DNA from: a virus
IMG/VR virus record: IMGVR_UViG_3300034072_002256
Location: 1-64,000 of that record
DNA length: 64,000 nucleotides
Strand: one strand, 5' to 3'
Translations under genes and position numbers: made by a program
Part shown: positions 39,106-49,027 of the stretch, piece after piece
Layout: the number at the start of each line of letters is the position of its first letter
Numbering within the stretch: position 1 is the first letter of the stretch
Notes under the pieces: model-generated
Seen by the model: only the letters and a program-made list of their open reading frames with translations
The model's database searches: none
What the model was told of the DNA's origin: nothing

Positions 39106-39567
39106 ATGATGGATGAATTACAAAAAGTACAGTTAATTTTTGCGCGGGGTCACTCTGTTGGCAGTTATGCGATCCGCGTACGCTACCAGTCGCGCTGGTC
39201 CCACGTAGCCATCATTATTGGCGATGTGGTGCACGAGGCCATCTATCCGGATGGCGTGGTGAAAACACCGCTGCAGGAATTTAAAGACCGTTATGGTGCT
39301 GGCAACTGGGAGATTGCAACCGCATACGCCGCGCCTGGCTGGCAAACTCGGGCCAATAGCTTGCTTGGCCTTGAGTACGATTTCTGGGGCGCCGTTGGCA
39401 TTGGGTTTGGCACTCGCAAACTGGATAACCCGTTTGCGCTTTGGTGTAGCCACCATACGGCCATCATCCTTGGCACTTTACGCCAGGAACGTCTGAACCG
39501 TCTGGCGCCGGAGCATTTGTGGATTGTTACACAGCCGGCAAATGATGCCGCAGGAGTTGCAGCATGA
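39106..39567 (+). CDS. Permuted papain-like (YaeF/YiiX-type) enzyme
   Basis: SRWSHVAI His precedes YDF and WCS Cys. Confidence 0.75.
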   Translation: MMDELQKVQLIFARGHSVGSYAIRVRYQSRWSHVAIIIGDVVHEAIYPDGVVKTPLQEFKDRYGAGNWEIATAYAAPGWQTRANSLLGLEYDFWGAVGIGFGTRKLDNPFALWCSHHTAIILGTLRQERLNRLAPEHLWIVTQPANDAAGVAA

Positions 39568-40253
39568 GCTTACATTCAGTATTGGAGGCCATGCGTGGCC
39601 AGCCATATCCAGTGATCCTCGAAACGTTACGCCAGCAATCAGCACCTGCCATTGGCAAAATCCAAGGCAGCCAGCTGAAACTCCTGCAGTCGTTTATCGG
39701 TGCCACCGGGTTACGTAATCGGTTGGCGAATGCGACTCCGGAACAAGCAGCCGCTGCGGCATCAGTCACAGAAGCCATTCAACCAGCTTATCTGGCGCGG
39801 GAAGACTCATACAGCATCAATCTGGCCGACCCACAGGTTGCGCAGCTACTGATCGATGCCGTAAGTGCTGGCGTTTTGACTGCAGACGAAAAAGCTTACC
39901 TGATCCAACTAGCGACCTATTCAAAGCCACTCTGGCCAAACGTGACACTGCGTGACGTTGTGGCTTATTTCGAACCGAGCCTGGTTGATGTGGGGGATTG
40001 GGTCGAAGTGGAACCGGGCGAGTCTCAGCGGTTACGTTTGAAGTTGGCCGCAGTCACGCCAGAATCCACATATATAGTGGTGCAGATGCAGGAAAACGAC
40101 GGCGAGTGGTCGGAATGGTTCCATGCGACAGCACACCATGGCATCCAGCAGCTGCGCTCATACACCTTTGCGGTGCCTCATAACGGTTTACCGCGCCGGA
40201 TGCGCTGGCGTGGTGGCGAATACCGCATTGACGGCACTGTGACGGCGGTCTGA
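39564..40253 (+). CDS. Hypothetical protein
   Basis: Overlapping ORF with GGAG RBS. Confidence 0.7.
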   Translation: MSLHSVLEAMRGQPYPVILETLRQQSAPAIGKIQGSQLKLLQSFIGATGLRNRLANATPEQAAAAASVTEAIQPAYLAREDSYSINLADPQVAQLLIDAVSAGVLTADEKAYLIQLATYSKPLWPNVTLRDVVAYFEPSLVDVGDWVEVEPGESQRLRLKLAAVTPESTYIVVQMQENDGEWSEWFHATAHHGIQQLRSYTFAVPHNGLPRRMRWRGGEYRIDGTVTAV

Positions 40254-40254
40254 T

Positions 40255-41529
40255 ATGCCTAATGCAGTAACTACTCAAGGCCAAGGCGCAGATGCTTTTA
40301 TTTCAATGCCCAGCTGCACAATCAATGCCGGCACAAACACTGGCATCAGCGGTATTGAGATTGATGTAAAACCTTTAACAGGCAGCGCTGCAGGATTCAT
40401 CAACCTGTTTGGCGTTTCGTCTACCAATGTGACAGCGTTGCGGATAAATACTGCGACACAAACCCTTCAATGGCGATACAGCAGTACGGTTTATCTTGAG
40501 TCTGCTGCGGGTACAGCTCCACTTAATGAGCGTCACAAGTATGGTGCTGAGTGGGAAGAGTCTACTTTATCGCTGTATTTAACTAAAAATGGTGTCCGAA
40601 TTGCTGGGCCATACGTTGCCCCATCTGCAGGCTCTTTGATTACCAATGTTCCGTGGAATCAAATTGGTAAGGTTGGCTCGACTGCACCTGGTGGTGCGAT
40701 GGCATTCGAGCTTTATGGCGTTCGGACCTACGGCAATAACTGCAGCTATCAATCGCAATGGGATGAAACTGGCGCGAGTGGTGCCGGTACTGCTTGGGCA
40801 AATGACTCAGTTGACAGAAATCTAAACCTAACAAGTTTTGCTGGCACATCCAACAGTTGGTGGGTGTTTTACAGCAACCTCTATATCGGTGAAGGCACTT
40901 TCAACGCTATCGCAACAGCGAGCGTTGCACTGACAGGTTCTAAAATTGGCAATGGAAGCATCCCGGCAGTAGTTGCCGCAGCTGTTGCAGGCAACGGCTG
41001 CAAAATTGGTACCGCGCAGCTCAGCACGCCAATTGCTGCCGGCATTGAAATGTCCGCGGTAAAAGTTGGCGTGGCTGAAATGCCAATCGAGGCAAATGCT
41101 GAGGTCGATCTTTACTCCGGCAATCTGTACATCGGAACGGGCACTTTTTCCGTGTCCGCTGACGCGAACGTGACTCTGGTGGGTTCAAAAGTCGGCTGCA
41201 GTGCGGTTGAGTTTGTTGCCGTGGCCACTAGCTATCTGAATGCGACCAAGACAGCAAATAGTATCGCGCCAGTTCCAGCGACATCTGCATTGGCGTTTGA
41301 TGGCTATAAGATTGGATATGCACCAGCTGTTGTACATGCATCTGTCGCCATGACGTTATCAGGTGGTCGCGTAACAAATGAATCCGCGCCTGTAACTGTC
41401 GTATTCATTCGAACATCCAGCAAGTTGTCATACAACGTCAAAACATCAAGTCGCACCATCCACAGCGTCAAAACGACCAGCCGTTACCAATATCACTTGA
41501 AGACTTTTAGCGGAGGCGACCATGCCTGA
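40255..41529 (+). CDS. Putative fibre/adhesin with beta-rich N-domain and ~20-aa repeats
   Basis: Two NLYIG.GTF blocks and repeated K[I/V]G units. Confidence 0.6.
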   Translation: MPNAVTTQGQGADAFISMPSCTINAGTNTGISGIEIDVKPLTGSAAGFINLFGVSSTNVTALRINTATQTLQWRYSSTVYLESAAGTAPLNERHKYGAEWEESTLSLYLTKNGVRIAGPYVAPSAGSLITNVPWNQIGKVGSTAPGGAMAFELYGVRTYGNNCSYQSQWDETGASGAGTAWANDSVDRNLNLTSFAGTSNSWWVFYSNLYIGEGTFNAIATASVALTGSKIGNGSIPAVVAAAVAGNGCKIGTAQLSTPIAAGIEMSAVKVGVAEMPIEANAEVDLYSGNLYIGTGTFSVSADANVTLVGSKVGCSAVEFVAVATSYLNATKTANSIAPVPATSALAFDGYKIGYAPAVVHASVAMTLSGGRVTNESAPVTVVFIRTSSKLSYNVKTSSRTIHSVKTTSRYQYHLKTFSGGDHA

Positions 41530-41851
41530 TCCATTAGTGCAGCTCAGACAGGGTACTGGCGGTGTCATTAACATTGAACACGATATCGATGGCCAACCAA
41601 TTGACGGTATAACAGCCGCTAAATATGAGCTTAGAGACCGAGGCGGCAACGTCTTGCTGACCTTAACAGAAGGTGCAGGCATCACCTGGAAAGATGGGTA
41701 TATCGTCATTTCTATCACAAAAGACCAGTGCAAAACGCTTGCTGGCAATTACGAACATGAATGCGCTGCAGTTGACTTGGCTGGGCGCGATTTAACGGTC
41801 CTTGAAGGCCCCATTAACTTTAAACCACGTAAGACTTGGAGCGAATTATGA
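41522..41851 (+). CDS. BppU-like small structural protein
   Basis: LRQGT...G.PIDGIT..AKYELR...L.GNYEHE...VLEG. Confidence 0.5.
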   Translation: MPDPLVQLRQGTGGVINIEHDIDGQPIDGITAAKYELRDRGGNVLLTLTEGAGITWKDGYIVISITKDQCKTLAGNYEHECAAVDLAGRDLTVLEGPINFKPRKTWSEL

Positions 41852-42201
41852 GCATGTCTGATAAAGCAAAAAACAGGGCGGCGAACGCGATCATTGCAGT
41901 ACAGGCGTCATTGCATAGCGGTGACCCAGGCGCTGATGGCGCAGCCAATGAGCTACCGACAGCAGGTGGCATCTATTCCCGCAAGCCAACTAACTACGGA
42001 GCTGCGGTGGCGGGGAAGCGCAGCCTGCCTGCTGATATTCTTTTTGACACACCACCGGGTTCATCGGTGTCACACTATGTGATTTGGGATGAAGACGGTG
42101 ACGTAGTTAAAATTGGGCAGTTCGCTAAGACAGAAACTTACTCTGGCCAAGGCCAGCACAAGATAAAGGCTATTGGAAGTGAGCTGACTGTCAACGGTTA
42201 A
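41848..42201 (+). CDS. Small virion structural protein
   Basis: SLHSGDPGADGAANE...YSRK...VSHYVIWD. Confidence 0.55.
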   Translation: MSMSDKAKNRAANAIIAVQASLHSGDPGADGAANELPTAGGIYSRKPTNYGAAVAGKRSLPADILFDTPPGSSVSHYVIWDEDGDVVKIGQFAKTETYSGQGQHKIKAIGSELTVNG

Positions 42202-42232
42202 GCCAAACAGTCATACCTGTTTCAGATGAATG

Positions 42233-42255
42233 AAAGCCCCGTTTAAGGGGCTTTT
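42233..42255 (+). terminator. Rho-independent terminator ending the late operon
   Basis: AAAGCCCC-GTTTAA-GGGGCTTTT. Confidence 0.8.
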
Positions 42256-42288
42256 AACTATCTCAAAATAAATAAACCGATTCGTTTG

Positions 42289-42369
42289 GTTTGATAAATT
42301 TGTATCGTTGAGTTTGATAATTTATCAAACCGTGCGGCGCAAATTTATCAAACCGTGCGGCGCGCTACA
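42289..42369 (-). repeat. Prophage 1 attR with transposase-binding sites
   Basis: 22-bp direct repeat AATTTATCAAACCGTGCGGCGC (42319, 42342); opposed GTTTGATAA sites (42289, 42312); CA terminus. Confidence 0.9.
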
Positions 42370-42374
42370 GGATG
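42370..42374 (+). repeat. GGATG target duplication shared by prophage 1 attR and prophage 2 attL
   Basis: ...CTACA-GGATG-TGTAACCC... Confidence 0.9.
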
Positions 42375-42503
42375 TGTAACCCGTCATAGAGTTTGAAAAA
42401 GGATAAGGGAAAAGTGGGATTTGCCGGGAATAGCCGAAAACACGTGGGAGCCTTGGAAAATAAGGCTTTGCGGGTTTTGAAGAAAACTTTTCAGGAATGA
42501 TGA

Positions 42504-42713
42504 GATCGGACGTAAAAAGCGTTAAAGATGAAAAATACTTTCGGACGCTAGAGAATAACCCACATAGTATGAAAAAACGTCCGATTTAAGAAATCGATGC
42601 CTAGCGCGGCTTACAGAACAATACTTATCAAATTATCATAATAAAGTGGTGATCGGACACCAGGATAGATCGGACGTGGGATAACGGAAGGATCGGACCT
42701 GGTATGTCCGATC
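42504..42713. repeat. GATCGGAC repeat array
   Basis: Perfect copies at 42504, 42651, 42668, 42691, 42706 (reverse); partial copies at 42541 and 42578. Confidence 0.8.
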
Positions 42714-42726
42714 CTCAGCTTAAAAA

Positions 42727-43557
42727 CTACTCTTTTGACTTATTTCTGGATCTTGCAGATGACAATGAACGGTAGACTTTATCTAATGATTCATCAGTAA
42801 GTTCAGTCAAGCTCTGCACACCAAATTCACTTAGTTTCGAAACTAGCCAACGCTTCCCGAACTCTGAGTTCGTATTCACTTTGATGTATGCATACTTTCG
42901 ATTTCGCCAAGAAGAATTGTCCGATTTTTCAGCTGCTGTGGTTGAATTCAATCGGCCAATCCACTTCAAGAGATAAGTTTCAGCAGTGGAAAACTTTTCA
43001 AGGGGCAGCAATCGATAAGATGCAACCTTGCAATGAGAATTGAGCGAAGACCAAATAGACCGATATCCCTTCGGCGCTTTCTTCGTGATCTCTTCTAAAC
43101 GAACGACTTCAGCGACTAATTCAGTCAATCTGGAGGCTTGAGATTCGCTAATGTGCTCAATCCCTGGTGAAGTTTTCGCGATTGTGACTTTTTTTAGATT
43201 GTTTGTGACGATGTTATTCACAGTTGATCCGGCTTCTGCCTTCATCAGCAAATTCCCAGAATTCTGTTTTACCACTAATTTAGATTCATTCACCCTGGGG
43301 GGGACTGCAGGCGCATTTGCATCTTCAGCGTCCTGCAGATTAGCGGATTTTATTCCCGTCAGTACGTATTGAACGTCAATTCCATATCCAGCTGATTTAG
43401 CTAGGAGTTCGGCGTCTAAACGACTTTGCCCGATTTCATATCGGCGCAAAGTTTCCGCACTAATTCCAAGTTTGTCAGCAAAATCGCGTTGTGAATATCC
43501 TATCCGGCTCCGTTCTTCAACGAGACGAAGCGCAATATCAGCTCTGTCAAAACTCAT
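42727..43557 (-). CDS. XRE-HTH repressor with non-peptidase C-terminal domain
   Basis: RLVEERSRIGYSQRDFADKLGISAETLRRYE...IDVQYVLTG; no S24 motifs. Confidence 0.82.
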   Translation of the reverse strand: MSFDRADIALRLVEERSRIGYSQRDFADKLGISAETLRRYEIGQSRLDAELLAKSAGYGIDVQYVLTGIKSANLQDAEDANAPAVPPRVNESKLVVKQNSGNLLMKAEAGSTVNNIVTNNLKKVTIAKTSPGIEHISESQASRLTELVAEVVRLEEITKKAPKGYRSIWSSLNSHCKVASYRLLPLEKFSTAETYLLKWIGRLNSTTAAEKSDNSSWRNRKYAYIKVNTNSEFGKRWLVSKLSEFGVQSLTELTDESLDKVYRSLSSARSRNKSKE

Positions 43558-43567
43558 AAAAATCCGT

Positions 43568-43596
43568 TTGACTACCACAATATTGTGGTATATCTT
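43568..43596 (+). promoter_or_regulatory. Early promoter with 18-bp palindromic operator
   Basis: TTGACT-N17-TATCTT; TACCACAATATTGTGGTA (43573-43590) is a perfect palindrome; second inverted repeat CATTGCA-N7-TGCAATG at 43621. Confidence 0.78.
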
Positions 43597-43662
43597 TTAA
43601 TTGAAATCGAAACAAACCTTCATTGCAATTGCAGTGCAATGACATCAAAACGGGTAATTATC

Positions 43663-43935
43663 ATGGACAAAGACGCTATTAAGCAAGCGCTTCATGCCAA
43701 AGGGTTTTCCTTCACCATGATCGCTGAAGCTTTAGGAGTTGGACCGAACGCGGTGTCTGCTATCGCCTCACGAAGAGGCCAATCTAAACGAGTTGCTGAT
43801 GCTATAGCAAAGGCGCTCGAAATGCCGGTTGAGGAAATATTCCCAGATATCGAAAGTTACAAACGTGACAGGCTGCCATGTGGCAAAGAAAAGGATGCCA
43901 AGCGAGCTGAACTAGCCAAGTTATTGGCGAGCTGA
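43663..43935 (+). CDS. Ner/Cro-like HTH regulator
   Basis: IKQALHAKGFSFTMIAEALGV...VADAIAKAL...EIFP. Confidence 0.82.
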   Translation: MDKDAIKQALHAKGFSFTMIAEALGVGPNAVSAIASRRGQSKRVADAIAKALEMPVEEIFPDIESYKRDRLPCGKEKDAKRAELAKLLAS

Positions 43936-43942
43936 GGTCTAT

Positions 43943-46204
43943 ATGCAGGAATGGTTTGTTGCAAACGAAATTGCAGGTCTGCCTGGGTTACCAACTACAG
44001 AGCGGCGTACCCGTGATTCACTCGAAAAGCTTGTTGAAGGCAAGCCTGGGCTAAAGCGAAATCGTGAAGGTACTCGTGGTTTTGAGTACCACTACACCTG
44101 TCTTTCAGTCGAAGCTCAATCCGTATTGCTTGAACGCTCTTTACTGGCAGGCAATTCAGAGAAAACAGTAATTGAAGAAAAATCAGTAACACGCAAGGAG
44201 TGCTCTGATTCAAGGACGCGTGCTGAAGACAAAATTAGCAAGGGTTTGGCCGCTCTTGGTCAGATCGTTGCGCTTGAACCTAAAAAACGAGAGTTAGTTG
44301 AAGCAAAAATTGCTCTTGTTCGTGCTTATGACGACTACCTTGAACAATTTGAAGTCACCCGCAGCAAATGCGCGGGAGAGCGTGCATTCATAGAAAACTA
44401 TGATTTGCTAGTTCCAGACTGGATTCGTAAATCAATTCCTAGCGTCAGCATTAGTACTATTAAACGAGCAAAAAAGGGTATTGAAAGCCACAAAATTGCA
44501 GAGCTGGCCGGAAACTACAAATCTGACAAGAAGTCAGTTTTCGATCTCAATACAGAAATGGCGAATTTTGTTCTGGCTTTGATTACAGCCAAACCGCATT
44601 TCATCAGCAAGCCGAAAACTGTTAAAAACGCGATACAAGTCAAGATTAATGAAGGCTACAACTGGCCAAACGTCTCTAATAGTTCGGTTAGCAGGCATCT
44701 TTCAAAATTAACGAAAACTTTGTCGGCAGAGCTTGCATATGCAACTAACCCTAAGGAGTACAACAACAGCCATCGCCCAATTTTTGCTGAGATGTATAGC
44801 TGGATCACTGGACCAAACCAAGTTTGGGAACTTGATTCCACGCCAACAGATGTTCAGCTCAACGTCGCCGGAAAAGCTCGTAGATATAGTGTCATTGGCG
44901 CAATTGACGTTTTTACGCGGCGAATGAAAGTAGTTTTAATGCCGTCAAGTTCCAGTGAGGGCATTTGTCTGTTACTTCGAAAATGCTTGCTGGAATGGGG
45001 TATCCCCCAGGAAGGCGCTGTAATAAGGACAGACAACGGATCGGACTATGTAAGCAAAACAACTACCGGGCTTTTCAGCATGCTGGGCCTCTCTCAAAGC
45101 AGAGCCAAGGCATTCAGCGGTTGGGAAAAACCATTTATTGAGCGTGCATTCAAAACTATGTCGCACTCATTAATGGAGAAATTACCAGCATATGTGGGGC
45201 ACGATGTTGCCGACAAAAAGCGACTGCAAGAAATGCTCAGCTTCGCAGAAAGTATCGGCGCAAAACGCAAAGAGCGAGATCGCCAACTTCTTGAAATCAG
45301 TCTAACGCCTGAAAGGCTTCAGGCAGCACTCGATGATTGGTTGGAATTTGATTACCACCACCAACCGCACGAAGGCCTTAACAAAAGAACTCCGTTTGAG
45401 GTTTATTCGGAGAGCGGCTATCGACCGCAGTTGCCAGAAAATTCTCATAGTTTGGACATCCTTTTAAATTATGTCGGGACTGCCACAGTGGTTCGCGGCG
45501 GCGTGTCCGCCATGAACGTCAAATTTACATCACCGGAGCTGATGGAACCGATTTGGGACCGAAGAAAAGTACGTGTTTTTCTTGATCCATCAGATGTTGG
45601 TCGAGCAACTTTGTACCCACTTGATAGTTGGGATATGCACGTCGAGGCCGTGAATATCGACCTTATTGGGCGCGACATAGATCCCGCAATGTTCAGGGAA
45701 AGTCGCCGAGAAGCAGCTAAAACTTTGCGCAAGTTCAAACAATCAGCAGCTGCGCTTCAAAAGGATTTTGGTATTGATGATCTTGCAGCATTAGAGCTGG
45801 CACAAAAGAAATTGGCCAATAGCAGTCTAGTTGCATTTAACAAAACTGAAGTGGACATAAACAATCCAGCCATTTCTGCATTGAGCAAAACGGCGACCGT
45901 TTTGATGGATGGTAAGAAAGAACGTACATGGTCTGAAGCAGAGCTAAAAGCCATTGAAGCTAGGAGGCAATCATTAGAGCAACAGAGAGCGGCGCAGGCC
46001 CGCAGGGAAGAAAACCTTTCTGAGCAATCACGTGTAGTACTTCGCACTGAACACGAACAAGCAGAGTGGCTTACCCGCGAAAGCTTGGTTCGGGATCTTA
46101 GCGAGGTCGAAAAAACTTGGCTAATTAAATTCCGCAATACACACGTGATGACGAGAAAACGGCTGGACAGAATTCTAGAAGAAAGCAAGCGCGGAGTCGG
46201 TTAG
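43943..46204 (+). CDS. MuA-like DDE transposase
   Basis: Same DDE motifs as 5362-7584; divergent N-terminal third. Confidence 0.95.
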   Translation: MQEWFVANEIAGLPGLPTTERRTRDSLEKLVEGKPGLKRNREGTRGFEYHYTCLSVEAQSVLLERSLLAGNSEKTVIEEKSVTRKECSDSRTRAEDKISKGLAALGQIVALEPKKRELVEAKIALVRAYDDYLEQFEVTRSKCAGERAFIENYDLLVPDWIRKSIPSVSISTIKRAKKGIESHKIAELAGNYKSDKKSVFDLNTEMANFVLALITAKPHFISKPKTVKNAIQVKINEGYNWPNVSNSSVSRHLSKLTKTLSAELAYATNPKEYNNSHRPIFAEMYSWITGPNQVWELDSTPTDVQLNVAGKARRYSVIGAIDVFTRRMKVVLMPSSSSEGICLLLRKCLLEWGIPQEGAVIRTDNGSDYVSKTTTGLFSMLGLSQSRAKAFSGWEKPFIERAFKTMSHSLMEKLPAYVGHDVADKKRLQEMLSFAESIGAKRKERDRQLLEISLTPERLQAALDDWLEFDYHHQPHEGLNKRTPFEVYSESGYRPQLPENSHSLDILLNYVGTATVVRGGVSAMNVKFTSPELMEPIWDRRKVRVFLDPSDVGRATLYPLDSWDMHVEAVNIDLIGRDIDPAMFRESRREAAKTLRKFKQSAAALQKDFGIDDLAALELAQKKLANSSLVAFNKTEVDINNPAISALSKTATVLMDGKKERTWSEAELKAIEARRQSLEQQRAAQARREENLSEQSRVVLRTEHEQAEWLTRESLVRDLSEVEKTWLIKFRNTHVMTRKRLDRILEESKRGVG

Positions 46205-46272
46205 CGGCCACACCCGCGCTTGCCAAGCAAACCTGTGGTGGTCCCACAGAATTTACATAACGGAGTATATCG

Positions 46273-46998
46273 ATGAAAAACAAAACAGTCGAAGTCAAAA
46301 ATGTGACCCGGACGCAGGAAATGTTCGAGAACCTGAGTTCGCGCAGCATGATCACACCAGGCATAGGTCTTATTCATGGCCCGAGCGGCTTTGGAAAAAC
46401 AACCACAGTCACATATATGTTCAACGAGCTGACGGTGTCGGGCCAGCAACCTTTATATGTGCGCTGTTATGCGACAGATACACCCAGTTCATTTTTAGCA
46501 AGGGTTATGGGGGAACTTGGTGCACAACCAATGTTTCCGCTTCGCAAGATGGTTGATTACGTGGTGCAGGCCATGAACGAACGCAGCCTGGCGCTATTTG
46601 TTGACGAAGCTGATCACATCGTCAGCCAGGCAAAGACGATGGAAACCATCCGCGATTTATACGACAGCACCGAGCAGCCTGTGGTTCTGATTGGCATGGA
46701 AGAAATTGCCCGCCGCATCTCACACCGTAAGCAGCTGTTTAACCGGATCTCTGAATGGGTCGAATTTGCGCCGGCAGACATTGAGGACGTGCATTTGTTT
46801 GCTACTGATTTGATGGATGACCGGGTTCAGGTCGGTGAAGATCTGCTCGACTTTATCCGGCAAAAGTCAGGCGGTGAGGTACGCCGGATTTTGATCGCAT
46901 TAGAAAAAATCGAACGTGCGGCCCTTGCCAGCGGTGAAACCTTTGTCGATTTGCACAGCTGGGGCAACCGCCCACTGTTCCTGAACCATCGTCGTTAA
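46273..46998 (+). CDS. MuB/TniB-like AAA+ ATPase
   Basis: Near-identical to 7656-8381. Confidence 0.92.
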   Translation: MKNKTVEVKNVTRTQEMFENLSSRSMITPGIGLIHGPSGFGKTTTVTYMFNELTVSGQQPLYVRCYATDTPSSFLARVMGELGAQPMFPLRKMVDYVVQAMNERSLALFVDEADHIVSQAKTMETIRDLYDSTEQPVVLIGMEEIARRISHRKQLFNRISEWVEFAPADIEDVHLFATDLMDDRVQVGEDLLDFIRQKSGGEVRRILIALEKIERAALASGETFVDLHSWGNRPLFLNHRR

Positions 46999-47013
46999 TT
47001 GCGGAGCTGGTCA

Positions 47014-47610
47014 ATGACTAAACACGAATTAGCTTGGGACAAGATGAAGCAAATGGATCGCTTCACTGTTACCGACGTGGCTAATGCGGTTGAGATGGAC
47101 CTCGAAGAATGTCGCAAATCAATAAAACGCCTTGAAAAATCAGGCTATCTGGAAATCGTTTCGGGAATTGGTGTGGCTGGAAGGCCGTATTTTTATCGGG
47201 TGAAACCTGAGGTTACCACCACACCACAGTTTGGCCGTGGCGGCACAAGTGGACTGAAAAAAGTCCGCTCAGGCATGAATGGACAGCAGCTGATTTGGAA
47301 CGCATTGCGGATAAACAGAAAGTTGACTGTTGGGACTGCAGAGGCAGTTACAAAACTAAATTCAAGAACGATTTATCGCTACCTGAATGACCTCGAAAAA
47401 GCTGGTTATGTGAAGTGTCAGCGGCATGACAGGGTTGGTTCGAACTTCGACCGGACTGGTGTGCAGAACATTTGGAAACTGATCCGTGAGACAGGTCCCA
47501 AAGCGCCAATTTTGCGCAGAGGCAAAGGGTTTTGGGACCAGAACGAAGATAAGTTTTATTCCTTAGATGGTGGAAAAACTGTTGGAGGCCGCACGGATGA
47601 AGTGGCTTGA
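47014..47610 (+). CDS. Tandem winged-helix protein
   Basis: Near-identical to 8397-8993. Confidence 0.8.
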   Translation: MTKHELAWDKMKQMDRFTVTDVANAVEMDLEECRKSIKRLEKSGYLEIVSGIGVAGRPYFYRVKPEVTTTPQFGRGGTSGLKKVRSGMNGQQLIWNALRINRKLTVGTAEAVTKLNSRTIYRYLNDLEKAGYVKCQRHDRVGSNFDRTGVQNIWKLIRETGPKAPILRRGKGFWDQNEDKFYSLDGGKTVGGRTDEVA

Positions 47611-48094
47611 AGTATTGAGGGACCAGGTCGGATTGAACGGTCAACGGCCTGTCGCTGAAAAGCTGGGTGTCAGTAACACAGTGATCAGCCAGGTCGTCAA
47701 TGAAAAATACCCTGGCGATATGGGCCGAATTCAGGCTCTGGTGGAAAGCGTGTACATGAGCAAATCAGTGTTGTGTCCGGTGCTTGGTGAAATCGCCTGG
47801 CATACCTGCCAGATGCACCAGAAAAACACTCACACCGGCAATCCGACCAAGCTGCGCTTGTATCGGGCCTGCCGCAGTGGCTGTGAAAACTCGGATTTGC
47901 CAGTGACGCAAAACATCCAGTTAAACCCGAGCGCAACGCTTAATCGCAGCCTGAAGGTTTACGACGCAGATGCAGTGATCGCCCGGTTAAAGCGCCAGGT
48001 GGAATCCGATGGCGGCGGGCCGGCTCAATTAGCTGAGTTGCTGCAATCAGAACTGAAGAATCTGGCGACCAAACTGAACAGAACGGACAAATGA
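47597..48094 (+). CDS. HTH protein with Cys-rich segment
   Basis: Homologue of 8980-9477. Confidence 0.75.
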   Translation: MKWLEVLRDQVGLNGQRPVAEKLGVSNTVISQVVNEKYPGDMGRIQALVESVYMSKSVLCPVLGEIAWHTCQMHQKNTHTGNPTKLRLYRACRSGCENSDLPVTQNIQLNPSATLNRSLKVYDADAVIARLKRQVESDGGGPAQLAELLQSELKNLATKLNRTDK

Positions 48095-48366
48095 CCATGA
48101 AAAATACTAACGCTATCAAGCTGGCGCTCCGCGACGCCACCAACGCCGTGAACCTGTTGGATAAACGCGGCTACAAAGTGATTGGGCTGAGCATGAATCA
48201 AGCGCAACCAATCATCACCATCAGCACTCCACCGGCCAGCAAAACGCCAAAGGGTACAGAGATCCGCTGTATCCGTGAGCGTGGCGCTGCGCCAGAAAGA
48301 ATTATGGCCGCGCCGTTTAACGGGTGTTTAGTCACCTGGAATGCCGACGATTCGGCCATGCAGTAA
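48091..48366 (+). CDS. Hypothetical early protein
   Basis: Homologue of 9474-9749. Confidence 0.75.
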   Translation: MTMKNTNAIKLALRDATNAVNLLDKRGYKVIGLSMNQAQPIITISTPPASKTPKGTEIRCIRERGAAPERIMAAPFNGCLVTWNADDSAMQ

Positions 48367-48397
48367 CCCGCCAACAACCATCGCTATTGGAGACCCC

Positions 48398-49027
48398 ATG
48401 GATACTTCTACACATGCAATTCCTGCCGGCTACTGGCAGAACGCTCAGGGTGCGTTAATCCCTGTGGAAATGGTGAAGCCGATTGACCGGGCACGGAATG
48501 ATTTAGTGCATGAACTGGTGCAAAAGGCCAATGAATTGAGCCAGTTAATGGCCAAGTTTAAGACTTCAGCTTTTGCCGATATCGCTGCTTTTGTTGACCT
48601 GTCGCTGGAGCAGTACGACACCAACGTTGGCGGTAAAAAGGGCAACCTGACGCTGTACAGCTTTGATGGCCGCTACAAAGTGCAGCGCGCTATTCAGGAA
48701 CACCTGCAATTTGATGAACGGCTGCAGGCGGCGCGGGCACTGATTGACGAATGCCTGGCTGACTGGACGGCCGGCGCTGCACCGGAATTAAAAGCCATCG
48801 TGGCCAACGCCTTTAACACTGACAAGGCCGGCAACATCAGCACCAGCCGCGTGTTAGGCCTGCGTCGCCTCGATATCAAAGACGAGCGCTGGCTTAAAGC
48901 TATGACCGCCATTGGTGAAGCGGTGCAGGTTGTCGGCAGTAAGGCTTATATCCGGGTGTATGAACGCATCGGCGATTCAGAAATGTACCGGCCTATTCCT
49001 CTGGATATCGCGGCGGTGCAGTTATGA
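48398..49027 (+). CDS. DUF3164-like protein
   Basis: Homologue of 9781-10410. Confidence 0.85.
   Translation: MDTSTHAIPAGYWQNAQGALIPVEMVKPIDRARNDLVHELVQKANELSQLMAKFKTSAFADIAAFVDLSLEQYDTNVGGKKGNLTLYSFDGRYKVQRAIQEHLQFDERLQAARALIDECLADWTAGAAPELKAIVANAFNTDKAGNISTSRVLGLRRLDIKDERWLKAMTAIGEAVQVVGSKAYIRVYERIGDSEMYRPIPLDIAAVQL

Larger units (their letters stand above)
3793..42369 (+). mobile_element. Complete Mu-like transposable prophage 1 (38,577 bp, non-contractile tail)
   Basis: TGTA...TACA termini with GGTTTGATAA at identical offset from both ends; 5-bp TSD; c-ner-A-B, Mor, terminase, portal, MuF, G, I, T and tail genes; no sheath gene. Confidence 0.95.
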
